This document shows, one piece after another, positions 27,671 to 36,555 of a DNA stretch of 64,000 nucleotides. How positions within the stretch are numbered: position 1 is the first letter of the stretch; each line of letters begins with the position of its first letter. Below the pieces are notes generated by a model. It saw nothing but the letters and a program-made list of their open reading frames with translations, did no database searches and had not been told where the DNA came from. This DNA comes from Myxococcota bacterium (GTDB taxonomy: Bacteria; Myxococcota_A; UBA9160; UBA4427). Both the position numbers and the translations under genes were made by a program. The stretch spans positions 4,768,001-4,832,000 of the forward strand of contig OZ252299.1 in NCBI GenBank assembly GCA_965250285.1. Direction: 5' to 3'.

Positions 27671-29488
27671 ATGCGCTGGAGTCCTGCGCACGTGCCCGAG
27701 GCCTATCAGCTGATCCTGCTCGTCTCCTGCATCGCCTGCGCGATGTCGGCGACCTCGATCCTCGTTCGCGATCCCGACGAGCCAACGAACCGGTACGCCG
27801 CGACGATCGTCTTTGGTGGTGCTTTCTGGGCCTTCTGCGAGGTGCTGTGGAATCGCACCGCAGACGCCAACACGGCGATGACCCTGATCAAGCTGTCGGC
27901 GCTGGGTTGGATCTTCATCGGGCCGCTCGGCATGCAGCTGCTGCTCGAGATGGCAGGGCGACCGAAGAAGCCCGTCCGGCACGTGCTGCGTCTGCTCTGG
28001 GTTTCGGCGTTCGTGCTTCTGGCGGTCGACTGGTTCACGCCGCTGATCCACGAGCGCGTGGTGCGAACCGCCTGGGGCTGGTCGTACGAGCTGGGGCCCG
28101 CGTATCTCCTCTTCTACGCCATCACCACGGCGTCGCTGATCACCGGCATCTCGGCGGTCGGTCTCGAGCTGCCGAAATGGACGTCGCGGGGCGAACGCGC
28201 CCAGGGCCTCGGGCTGATCTGCGGGATCCTCGTTCCGCTCACGGTCGCTTCTCTCACCGACGGCCTGCTCCCGCTCTTCGACGTGCACGTGTGGCATCTC
28301 GGGACCGCGTCGATCGCGATGCTCGGCGGCATCGTCACGTGGACGTTCCACCGCTATGGCTACTCGCTGCTCGCGCCGGGGACGTTCGCGCGCGAGATCC
28401 TCGAGACGCTGCCCGACGGCGTCATGCTGCTGCATCTCGATGGACGCATTCGGCGTGCGAACCCGGCGATGCTCGAGTTCGCCGGCGTCGAGTCATCCGA
28501 CCAGCTGCAGTTTCGGCGAGCCCAGGAGCTCTTCGATCAGCCCCTCGCGATGAGTGAGGAGATTCGCCACGAGGTCGAGATGCGCGTTCTCCCGCTCGGC
28601 GGTGGCACGATGACGCCGGTCGCCGTCTCGACGCGCATGCTGCGCAACCGACTCGACGAGCCCACCGGTCTCGTCGTCGTCGCACGCGACCTGCGCGAGA
28701 TTGTGAACCTGCGCCAGCGCGTCACGATCGGCGGACGCATGGCCGCCGTCGGTCAGCTGGCAGCGGGTGTGGCGCACGAGCTCAACAATCCCATCGCATA
28801 CGTGCGTGCAAACGTCTCGATGCTGCTCGAGCACTGGCAGACCCTGCGCGCGCGGCACGATCCCGACCTGTCCTCGCACGGGGGTGAAGAGCCCAAGCCT
28901 GAGGAGGACGTCTCGCTGTGGGACGAGGGCACGGAGCTGATCCACGAGTCGCTCGAGGGCATCGAACGCGCGACGTCGATCGTCCGCGACATCAAGACGT
29001 TCTCACACGGCGCGGGCAACGAGCGCGAGATCGCCGATCTGACGCGGCTGCTCGATGCCACGCTGCGCATCGCCGCGCCCCAGCTTCGCCATCGAGTGAG
29101 CGTCGAGCGCAGCGATGGGGACATCCCGGTCGTCGAGTGTGCGCCGCGCGAGATCCAGCAGGTCTTCCTCAACCTGCTGCTGAATGCCGTCGACGCGACG
29201 CCGAACGTCGAGTCGGGCTCGCTGCCGACCATCTGCGTCGAAACCAGCGCCGACGCGCGCAACGTGCGGATCCGCTTCGTCGACGAGGGCGAGGGCATCG
29301 AAGCGGACTGCCTCGAGCGCATCTTCGATCCGTTCTTCACGACGAAGCCGGCCGGCGAGGGCACCGGTCTCGGGCTCGCTCTGTCGTACGAGATCGTGCG
29401 TCGGCACGGGGGTGACATCAGCGTGCAGAGCGAGCTCGGCGCGGGCACCGCCTTCACCGTCGTACTGCCGCGGCTCGAAGACGACTAG
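27671..29488 (+). CDS. Sensor histidine kinase (7TM-type N-terminus, PAS, HisKA, HATPase)
   Basis: ~7 TMs; AHELNNP, QVFLNLLLNA, DEGEGI, FDPFFTTK, GTGLGL. Confidence 0.93.
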   Translation: MRWSPAHVPEAYQLILLVSCIACAMSATSILVRDPDEPTNRYAATIVFGGAFWAFCEVLWNRTADANTAMTLIKLSALGWIFIGPLGMQLLLEMAGRPKKPVRHVLRLLWVSAFVLLAVDWFTPLIHERVVRTAWGWSYELGPAYLLFYAITTASLITGISAVGLELPKWTSRGERAQGLGLICGILVPLTVASLTDGLLPLFDVHVWHLGTASIAMLGGIVTWTFHRYGYSLLAPGTFAREILETLPDGVMLLHLDGRIRRANPAMLEFAGVESSDQLQFRRAQELFDQPLAMSEEIRHEVEMRVLPLGGGTMTPVAVSTRMLRNRLDEPTGLVVVARDLREIVNLRQRVTIGGRMAAVGQLAAGVAHELNNPIAYVRANVSMLLEHWQTLRARHDPDLSSHGGEEPKPEEDVSLWDEGTELIHESLEGIERATSIVRDIKTFSHGAGNEREIADLTRLLDATLRIAAPQLRHRVSVERSDGDIPVVECAPREIQQVFLNLLLNAVDATPNVESGSLPTICVETSADARNVRIRFVDEGEGIEADCLERIFDPFFTTKPAGEGTGLGLALSYEIVRRHGGDISVQSELGAGTAFTVVLPRLEDD

Positions 29489-29716
29489 ATCGACGGCGCC
29501 CACGCGCGCATTCGCCGCGGTCGACCACGATCCGCGAGTCGCCTCGCGCCGAGCGGCATCGAAACCTGGACGTCGTCCAACTCCACGTCGGACACTGGCG
29601 CGTGTCCCATCCCCCTCACACCTCTTGACGCACCCTGTCAGCAGCGACGGCCCGAGAACCCCGCGCCGGGCCGACTCGCCTAAACTCCCCGCTCCACGGA
29701 CGGCAGGCGACCGCCC

Positions 29717-31063
29717 GTGATTCGATCGTCGGAGAAGCCCTTGCCCGAACCGGAGCGAAACACGACCCCGCTGATCCGCGACTTTCGGGTCGTCCGCGCG
29801 CGCAGCGAGGCCATTTGCGCCCACCTCGGCGACGAAGATCTCGTCGCACAGTCGATGGCGGATGCGAGCCCGGCGAAGTGGCACCTCGCCCACACCACGT
29901 GGTTCTTCGAGACGTTCGTGCTCGCCAGCTTCGCGAAGGATCACCGCCCGCATCATCCCACCTACGGCTTCTTGTTCAATTCGTACTACAACGCCGCCGG
30001 CGAGCGGCACGCTCGACCCATGCGCGGCGCCCTCACGCGGCCGACGCGCGTCGAGGTCATGGCCTATCGCGCCGCCGTCGACGAAGCCATCGTCGCGCTG
30101 CTCGAGAGCGACGCGCTCTCGGGCGACGCGCGCACCCAGGCCGAGTCGATCGTCCGCCTCGGTCTCCACCACGAGCAGCAGCATCAGGAGCTGACGCTCA
30201 CCGACCTCAAGCATCTCTTCTCGCTCAATGCCCTCGATCCGGCGTACCGGCCGCCCCTCGGCGTCGACGCAGCCGAGGCCGAAGGGTTCCGTTGGCTCGC
30301 TTTCGACGCCGGTGTGCGCGAGATCGGCGAGGGCGGGCCGTGCGCGACCGCCCTGCGACCGCGTTGGCACGACACCGCGCCTTTCGCGTTCGACAACGAA
30401 GGGCCGCGGCATCGCGTCTTCGTCGAAGCCCACGCGATCGCCGATCGCCTGGTCACCAATGCCGAGTTCCTCGCCTTCATCGAGGCCGGCGGCTACGACA
30501 CGCCGTCGCTGTGGCTCGATCGCGGTTGGGCGACGGTTCAGCGCGAAGGCTGGCGCCACCCCCTCTACTGGCGGAACGCCGATGGCGGGTTTCGGGAGTT
30601 CACGCTTGCCGGCCTGCGCGACTTCGCGCCCCATGAGCCGGTCTCTCACCTGTCTCTCTACGAGGCCGATGCATTCGCACGCTGGGCCGGCGCCCGCCTG
30701 CCGTCGGAGGCCGAGTGGGAGGCGGCTGCCAGTGAGCTCGGTACGTGCGGCACGCTCGCCGACGACGAACGCTTCCACCCTGCGCCGGCCAAGCCCTTGG
30801 GCGACGCCGCGCCGCGCGCGATGCGTCAGGCGTTTGGCGAGGTGTGGGAGTGGACTTCGAGCGCGTATGGCCCGTATCCGGGCTTCTGCCCCGCCGCGGG
30901 CGCCCTCGGCGAGTACAACGGCAAGTTCATGAGCGAGCAATCGGTGCTGCGGGGCGCGTCTTGCGTCACGTCGCACGCGCACGTGCGTCCCTCGTACCGC
31001 AACTTCTTCTATGCCCCGGATCGCTGGCAGTTCAGCGGTGTGCGGCTCGCAAAGGACCTCTGA
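29717..31063 (+). CDS. egtB: Ergothioneine biosynthesis sulfoxide synthase
   Basis: QSMADASPAKWHLAHTTWFFE, HHEQQHQEL, FGE-sulfatase domain, EYNGKFM, YRNFF. Confidence 0.93.
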   Translation: MIRSSEKPLPEPERNTTPLIRDFRVVRARSEAICAHLGDEDLVAQSMADASPAKWHLAHTTWFFETFVLASFAKDHRPHHPTYGFLFNSYYNAAGERHARPMRGALTRPTRVEVMAYRAAVDEAIVALLESDALSGDARTQAESIVRLGLHHEQQHQELTLTDLKHLFSLNALDPAYRPPLGVDAAEAEGFRWLAFDAGVREIGEGGPCATALRPRWHDTAPFAFDNEGPRHRVFVEAHAIADRLVTNAEFLAFIEAGGYDTPSLWLDRGWATVQREGWRHPLYWRNADGGFREFTLAGLRDFAPHEPVSHLSLYEADAFARWAGARLPSEAEWEAAASELGTCGTLADDERFHPAPAKPLGDAAPRAMRQAFGEVWEWTSSAYGPYPGFCPAAGALGEYNGKFMSEQSVLRGASCVTSHAHVRPSYRNFFYAPDRWQFSGVRLAKDL

Positions 31064-32130
31064 TGCCGCCCTCCGCCTCCGCTCCGATCTCGGCGACCGA
31101 CAAGACCGCGAAACGAAGCGAAGCCCGAACGGGCGCGCGCACCGTTGCACGGCACGACGCCGAGCCAGACGACGAGCTGCCGCTCTACGACCTGCATCCG
31201 GCGCCCGACGACATGCGCGGCGACATTCTCGCGGGCCTACGCGCCTCGCCGAAGACCCTGCCCTGCAAGTACTTCTACGACGAGCGTGGCTCGCTGCTGT
31301 TCGACGAGATCTGCGAGCTCGACGAGTACTACCCGACGCGCACAGAGACAGGCATCCTCGAGCGGCATGCGGTCGACATGGCCGCAGCGATCGGCGAGGA
31401 CGCGCTCGTAATCGAGCTCGGCAGTGGCAGCTCGACCAAGACGCCCCTGCTTCTCGGCGCGCTCGAGCGCGGGGCCGGCTACGTGCCGATCGACATCTCG
31501 CGTGCGCACCTGCTGAATGCAGCGGGTCGGATCCGCGACGCATTCCCCGAGCTACCGATCTGGCCGGTGTGCGCCGACTTCACCGCGCTGTCCGAGCTGC
31601 CGCCGATCGAGGGATCGCCCCGGCGTCGGTACGTCTTCTTCCCCGGCTCGACGATGGGCAACTTCGAATTGGCCGGACAGCAACGACTGCTCGAGCAGAT
31701 CGTCTCCCTGTGCCAGCCCGAAGGCGGCGGCCTGCTGATCGGGCTCGACCTGCTCAAGGATCGCGAGACCCTCGAGGCCGCGTACAACGACGCTCGGGGC
31801 GTGACGGCGGCCTTCAACCTCAACCTGCTCGAACGGGTGAACCGCGAGCTCGATGCCGACTTCGACCTCGAGGCCTTCGACCACCACGCGCCGTTCAACG
31901 CCGACGCGGGGCGGATCGAGATGCACCTCGTGAGCCGCGCCGACCAGACGGTTCGTCTCGGTGATGCGCGCATCGTCTTCGCAGAGGGCGAACGCGTGTG
32001 CACCGAGCACAGCCACAAGTTTTCGCTCGAAGCATTCGGCGCGCTGGCCGCCGAGGTGGGGCTCGAACGACGCGCGGTGTGGCAGGACGACGGCGGGCTC
32101 TTCGCCGTCGCCCTCTTCGAGACGGTCTGA
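31063..32130 (+). CDS. egtD: L-histidine N-alpha-methyltransferase
   Basis: KYFYDERGS, EYYPTRTE, ELGSGSSTKT, FPGSTMGN, AYND...FNLN, TEHSHK; TGATG overlap with egtB. Confidence 0.93.
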   Translation: MPPSASAPISATDKTAKRSEARTGARTVARHDAEPDDELPLYDLHPAPDDMRGDILAGLRASPKTLPCKYFYDERGSLLFDEICELDEYYPTRTETGILERHAVDMAAAIGEDALVIELGSGSSTKTPLLLGALERGAGYVPIDISRAHLLNAAGRIRDAFPELPIWPVCADFTALSELPPIEGSPRRRYVFFPGSTMGNFELAGQQRLLEQIVSLCQPEGGGLLIGLDLLKDRETLEAAYNDARGVTAAFNLNLLERVNRELDADFDLEAFDHHAPFNADAGRIEMHLVSRADQTVRLGDARIVFAEGERVCTEHSHKFSLEAFGALAAEVGLERRAVWQDDGGLFAVALFETV

Positions 32131-32276
32131 ACGGCGACCCTTCCGAAGCCAGACGGAATCCACGCTCTCGGTCGGTGACCGCGGGCGGGCACGCAGCCCT
32201 GCCGGCGTGCGGTACAGGGCCGTAGGGGCTTTTCGGCGTCGAGTCGGGCGCCGTACAGCGGCTATGCTCGCGCGCC

Positions 32277-34307
32277 ATGAATCGACCGCAGACTCGCCGA
32301 TCTCTCGCCTTCGCCCTTCTGTGCACGCTCGTCATCGCCTTCGCGCTCGCTTGCGAAGAGGGGCCGAAGAGCATCGACCCGAGCGCGTCGCCGGCGGGCT
32401 CCGCCGGCCGCGACGAGTTCGGTCGCGCCGCGCCAACCGCGTACACGGTCGCCGCAAACCGCGCGGTCGCCGATTCGTTGCCCTTCGACGACATGACCGA
32501 CTTCGAGAACGCGCGGCGCGGCTTCATCGGCGCGCGCACAGAGCCGAAGATCGTGCGCCCCGACGGCCGCGTCGTCTGGGATCTCGACCAGTACGTCTTT
32601 CAGGATGGCGTCGACGTCGCACCCGACAGTGTGAACCCGTCGCTGTGGCGCCAGGCGCAGCTGAACCGCATCCACGGCCTCTTCGAGGTCGTGCCCGGTC
32701 TCTATCAGGTCCGCGGGTACGACCTCGCCAACATGACGCTGATCGAGGGCGAGAAGGGTTGGATCCTGATCGACACGATGTCGACGATCGAGACGGCTGC
32801 CGCCGCCCTCGATCTGGTGCGCGAGCACCTCGGCGAGCGCCCGATCTCGGCCATCATCTACACGCACAGCCACATCGATCACTTCGGTGGTGTGAAGGGC
32901 GTGCTGAGCGACGACGAGCTCGCCGACGGCGTGGCGATCATCGCGCCCTCGGGTTTTCTCGAAGAGGCGGTGAGCGAGAACGTCTTGGCCGGTGTCGCGA
33001 TGGCGCGACGTGCCTCGTACATGTTTGGCTTCCTGACCGAGCGCTCGCCGCGCGGCCACGTCGACAGCGGTCTCGGCAAGTCGTCGACGCCCGGCACCTT
33101 CAGCCTGCTCGCACCCACCGAGATCATCAGCGAAACGACGACCGAGATCACGATCGACGGCGTGCGGCTGGTCTTCCAGAACACGCCCGGGGCCGAGGCA
33201 CCGGCCGAGATGATGATCTACCTGCCCGACTTCAGGGCGCTCTGCGGGGCCGAGAACGTCAGCCACGTCCTTCACAACGTGTTGACCCTGCGCGGCGCGA
33301 AGGTCCGGGACGCCCTGCTCTGGAGCAACTACATCCAGGAGACGATCGATCTCTTTGGCGGCAAGGCCGAGGTGATCTTCGGCAGCCATCACTGGCCGAC
33401 ATGGGGCGCCGAGAACGTCGTCGCCTATCTCGAGTTGCAGCGCGACATCTACAAGTTCATCCACGACCAGACGCTGCGGCTCGCCAACATGGGCTTCACT
33501 TCGGCCGAGATCGCCGAGCAGATCGAGCTGCCCGAGTCGCTGCGCACGAACTTCGCGACCCGCGGCTACTACGGCACCGTCAGCCACAACTCGAAGGCGG
33601 TGTATCAGCACTACTTCGGCTGGTTCGACGGCAACCCGGCGAACCTGCACCCGCTGCCGCCGACGCAGGAGGCCGTGCGGTACGTCGACGCGATGGGCGG
33701 CGCCGACGCGGTGATCGACAAGGGCAAGGCCGCCTACGACGCGGGCGAGTACCGCTGGGCGGCGACGCTGCTCAACCACCTCGTCTTCGCCGAACCCGAC
33801 AATGCCTCGGCCGCGGCGCTGCTCGCCGACACATACGACCAGCTCGGCTATCAGGCCGAGAGTGGACCCTGGCGCGACTTCTATCTGAGCGGGGCGCAAG
33901 AGCTGCGCCAGGGCATCGCGCCGCTGCCGGTCTCGAGGACGGGCGCGATCGACGTCATCGCGGCGATGCCGACCGACATGTTCTTCGACGCACTCGCCGT
34001 GCGGATCATCCCCGAGAAGGCGAAGGACATGACGCTCAACTTCGTCTTCACCGACATCGACGAGACCCACGTCGTCGAGATCGAGAACGCCGTGCTGCAC
34101 CATCGCCAGGGCGAGGCCGATCCCGACGCCGACGCGACGATCCGACTGACGCGCAACGTGTGGGACGACATCGTCGCGCAGACCGCGACCATCCAGGGCG
34201 TGCTGCTCGGCGGCGAGATCTCGGTCGAGGGCAGCCCGCTGGCGCTGGTCAATCTGTTCGGAATGATGGGCACCGAAGAGGTCGCGTTCGAGCTCGTACG
34301 GCCCTGA
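32277..34307 (+). CDS. Alkyl sulfatase (SdsA1/BDS1, metallo-beta-lactamase fold), probable lipoprotein
   Basis: FALAC lipobox; VNPSLWRQAQLN, QVRGYDLAN, THSHIDH, HHWP, RGYYG; C-terminal SCP2-like domain. Confidence 0.92.
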   Translation: MNRPQTRRSLAFALLCTLVIAFALACEEGPKSIDPSASPAGSAGRDEFGRAAPTAYTVAANRAVADSLPFDDMTDFENARRGFIGARTEPKIVRPDGRVVWDLDQYVFQDGVDVAPDSVNPSLWRQAQLNRIHGLFEVVPGLYQVRGYDLANMTLIEGEKGWILIDTMSTIETAAAALDLVREHLGERPISAIIYTHSHIDHFGGVKGVLSDDELADGVAIIAPSGFLEEAVSENVLAGVAMARRASYMFGFLTERSPRGHVDSGLGKSSTPGTFSLLAPTEIISETTTEITIDGVRLVFQNTPGAEAPAEMMIYLPDFRALCGAENVSHVLHNVLTLRGAKVRDALLWSNYIQETIDLFGGKAEVIFGSHHWPTWGAENVVAYLELQRDIYKFIHDQTLRLANMGFTSAEIAEQIELPESLRTNFATRGYYGTVSHNSKAVYQHYFGWFDGNPANLHPLPPTQEAVRYVDAMGGADAVIDKGKAAYDAGEYRWAATLLNHLVFAEPDNASAAALLADTYDQLGYQAESGPWRDFYLSGAQELRQGIAPLPVSRTGAIDVIAAMPTDMFFDALAVRIIPEKAKDMTLNFVFTDIDETHVVEIENAVLHHRQGEADPDADATIRLTRNVWDDIVAQTATIQGVLLGGEISVEGSPLALVNLFGMMGTEEVAFELVRP

Positions 34308-34339
34308 AGGACTCCCCTTCGGGGAAATGCCCGGGTGGA

Positions 34340-34395
34340 TTGCGACGCGGTGGCCGCTTCCCTAATCTGGTCCGACCAGAATGGTCGGGCCAGAT
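34340..34395 (+). promoter_or_regulatory. Sigma70-type promoter overlapped by two FadR-type operator boxes
   Basis: TTGCGA (34340)-17 nt-TAATCT (34363); ATCTGGTCCGACCAGAA (34365-34381) and GAATGGTCGGGCCAGAT (34379-34395). Confidence 0.75.
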
Positions 34396-34456
34396 GGCCC
34401 GGTGCGAGTTCGCCCCTCGCTTTCGTGCACCCAGCGCCCGCACAGAGCCGAACCCC

Positions 34457-35260
34457 GTGTCGCAACCCGAGCAACCCTGCCCGCCGACCTCGTTGGCGGA
34501 GCGCATCAGCGCGCAGCTGCGCGCCGACATCCTCACCGGCCGCTACCGCGCCGGCGATCGGCTGCCGAGCGAGCGCGAGCTCGCCGAGCGCTTCGAGACG
34601 CATCGCGGCACCGCGCGCGAGGCGCTGAAGAAGCTCGAGCAGCTGGGGCTCGCCGAGATTCGCAAGGGCGGCGTGCGCGCCGCCCCGATCGAAGAGGCGA
34701 GCCTCGACGTGGTCCGTCACCTGATGGACGTCGGGCCGACGCCCGACCCCGACGTGTTCGACCAGGTCTTCGAGGTGTTCGGCGCACTCTTCGCGCTCTC
34801 GGCCCAGCTCATGGCCGAGCGCGGCAGCGACGCCGAGCACGCCCAGGCCCTCGTGATTCTCGACCAGCTGATGACCGAGCGCGGTTCCTTGATCGAAGAG
34901 TGGGATCGCATGCAGGCGCTCTCCGAGCTGTTCGTCGACGCCAGTGGCAATCTCGTCTTGAAGCTCGTGCGGCGTGGGCTCCACACCGAGGTCGTCGAAC
35001 GCATCGAGCATCCCGAGGCGATCTTCCGCCCGCCCGAGCCGCGTCGCGACGACCTGCTTCGAGCCTTGCGCGACGCACTGGTCGCGCGCGACGGGCTGGC
35101 CGCATCGAACGCGATCTTCGCGATGACCCGAGCCGTTCGCGCCAACGGCGTCGCGCTGCTGCGCGAAGAGCGTGCCCGCGCCGAGGGGCGCGAAGCCCCC
35201 GAGCCGGGCGCCACCCCCCCGTCCCCGATCGCCGTCGTCCAGGGAGCGAAGAGCCGATGA
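34457..35260 (+). CDS. GntR-family (FadR-like) transcriptional regulator
   Basis: GDRLPSERELAERFETHRGTAREALKKLEQLGL; stop overlaps the MFP ATG; start approximate. Confidence 0.9.
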   Translation: MSQPEQPCPPTSLAERISAQLRADILTGRYRAGDRLPSERELAERFETHRGTAREALKKLEQLGLAEIRKGGVRAAPIEEASLDVVRHLMDVGPTPDPDVFDQVFEVFGALFALSAQLMAERGSDAEHAQALVILDQLMTERGSLIEEWDRMQALSELFVDASGNLVLKLVRRGLHTEVVERIEHPEAIFRPPEPRRDDLLRALRDALVARDGLAASNAIFAMTRAVRANGVALLREERARAEGREAPEPGATPPSPIAVVQGAKSR

Positions 35261-36555
35261 ACTCGAAGAAGATCCTGATTCCGCTCGGCGTCCTGGCCCT
35301 GGCCGGGTTCGGCGCGTTCGTGCTGCTCGCCACCGCGCCCGAGGTCGAGAGCGTCGCCAACGAACGGCTCTTGCCGATCGTCCGTACGGTGTCTGTTCAG
35401 CCCGGCGATGTCGTGATGACCGTGCGCAGCCAGGGCACCGTCGCGCCGCGCACCGAGAGCGATCTCGTCCCCGAAGTCTCGGGCCGGGTCGAGTGGGTCT
35501 CGCCCGCGCTCGTTTCGGGCGGCTTCTTCGCCGAGGACGAGCCGCTGCTGCGCGTCGATCGACGCGACTACGACGCCGCCCTCGCCAGTGCGCGCGCCGA
35601 CGTGGCGCGCGCCGAGGGCGAGTCTCGACATGCAGCGGCCGAGCTGAAGCGCCAGGAAGGTCTGGCGCGGCAACAGGCCACCAGCTCGTCGCAGCTGTCG
35701 AACGCCCGCCGGGCCGCGCGGGTGGCGCGTGCATCGCTCGAAGCCGCAGAGGTCGGGCTCGAGGTCGCCGAACGCGATCTCGAGCGCACCGAGATCCTCG
35801 CGCCCTACGCCGGCCGCGTGCGCAGCGAGCAGGTCGACGTCGGGCAGTTCGTGACCCGCGGTGCGCCGATCGCGAAGCTCTACGCGATCGACCACGCCGA
35901 GATCCGTCTGCCGCTCGCCGACAAGCAGCTCGCGTACCTCGACCTGCCCGGGATCCGAACCGGCGCCCGACCCGACGACGCCGAAGGGCCGGTGGTCGTT
36001 CTGCGCGCGCAGTTCGCCGGCGAAGAGCGCACCTGGCGCGGGCGGGTCGTCCGCACCGAAGGCGAGATCGATGCGCAGAGCCGCATGGTGCACGTCGTCG
36101 CGCGCGTCGCCGACCCCTACGGCGTAGGCACGTCGAGCCCGCAGCCGGTGCCGGACGAGGTCGAAGCGGGCGGACCGGGGGCCCTCGACGAAGCCGGTCG
36201 AACGACCGCGGTCGACGCACTCCCCGACGCGGTCGAGCCGGCTCCGCAAGACGCGGCGCCCGCCTTCCCGCTCGCCGTCGGACTGTTCGTGAAGGCCGAG
36301 ATCGAGGGGCGCGTCGCCCACGACGTGCTCGTCGTGCCTCGCGCCGCGGTGCGCGACGGCGAGCGTCTGCTCGTGGTCGACGGCGAGAGCCGGCTGCGTG
36401 AACGCGACGGTGAGATCCTGCGCATCGACCGCGACCAGGTGCTCGTGAGAGCGAAGCTCGAACCCGGGGATCGCGTGGTCGTCTCGCCGCTTCAGATCGT
36501 CGTCGACGGCATGCAGGTGCGTCCCCAGGATGCCGAGCTGGCGGGCCGTTCATGA
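35257..36555 (+). CDS. RND efflux periplasmic adaptor (MFP)
   Basis: N-terminal TM; GTVAPRTE, PEVSGRV, helical hairpin, APYAGRV, VPRAAV. Confidence 0.9.
   Translation: MNSKKILIPLGVLALAGFGAFVLLATAPEVESVANERLLPIVRTVSVQPGDVVMTVRSQGTVAPRTESDLVPEVSGRVEWVSPALVSGGFFAEDEPLLRVDRRDYDAALASARADVARAEGESRHAAAELKRQEGLARQQATSSSQLSNARRAARVARASLEAAEVGLEVAERDLERTEILAPYAGRVRSEQVDVGQFVTRGAPIAKLYAIDHAEIRLPLADKQLAYLDLPGIRTGARPDDAEGPVVVLRAQFAGEERTWRGRVVRTEGEIDAQSRMVHVVARVADPYGVGTSSPQPVPDEVEAGGPGALDEAGRTTAVDALPDAVEPAPQDAAPAFPLAVGLFVKAEIEGRVAHDVLVVPRAAVRDGERLLVVDGESRLRERDGEILRIDRDQVLVRAKLEPGDRVVVSPLQIVVDGMQVRPQDAELAGRS

Noticed and set aside
29717..31063. Selenoneine synthase SenA or ovothiol synthase OvoA
   Set aside because: No senB/selD neighbours and no C-terminal methyltransferase; direct coupling to egtD fits EgtB.
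31961..35260. 1099-aa ORF suggesting a giant GntR fusion
   Set aside because: The upstream part is an off-frame overlap of the alkyl sulfatase, and a promoter/operator lies at 34340-34395; only 34457-35260 is credible.
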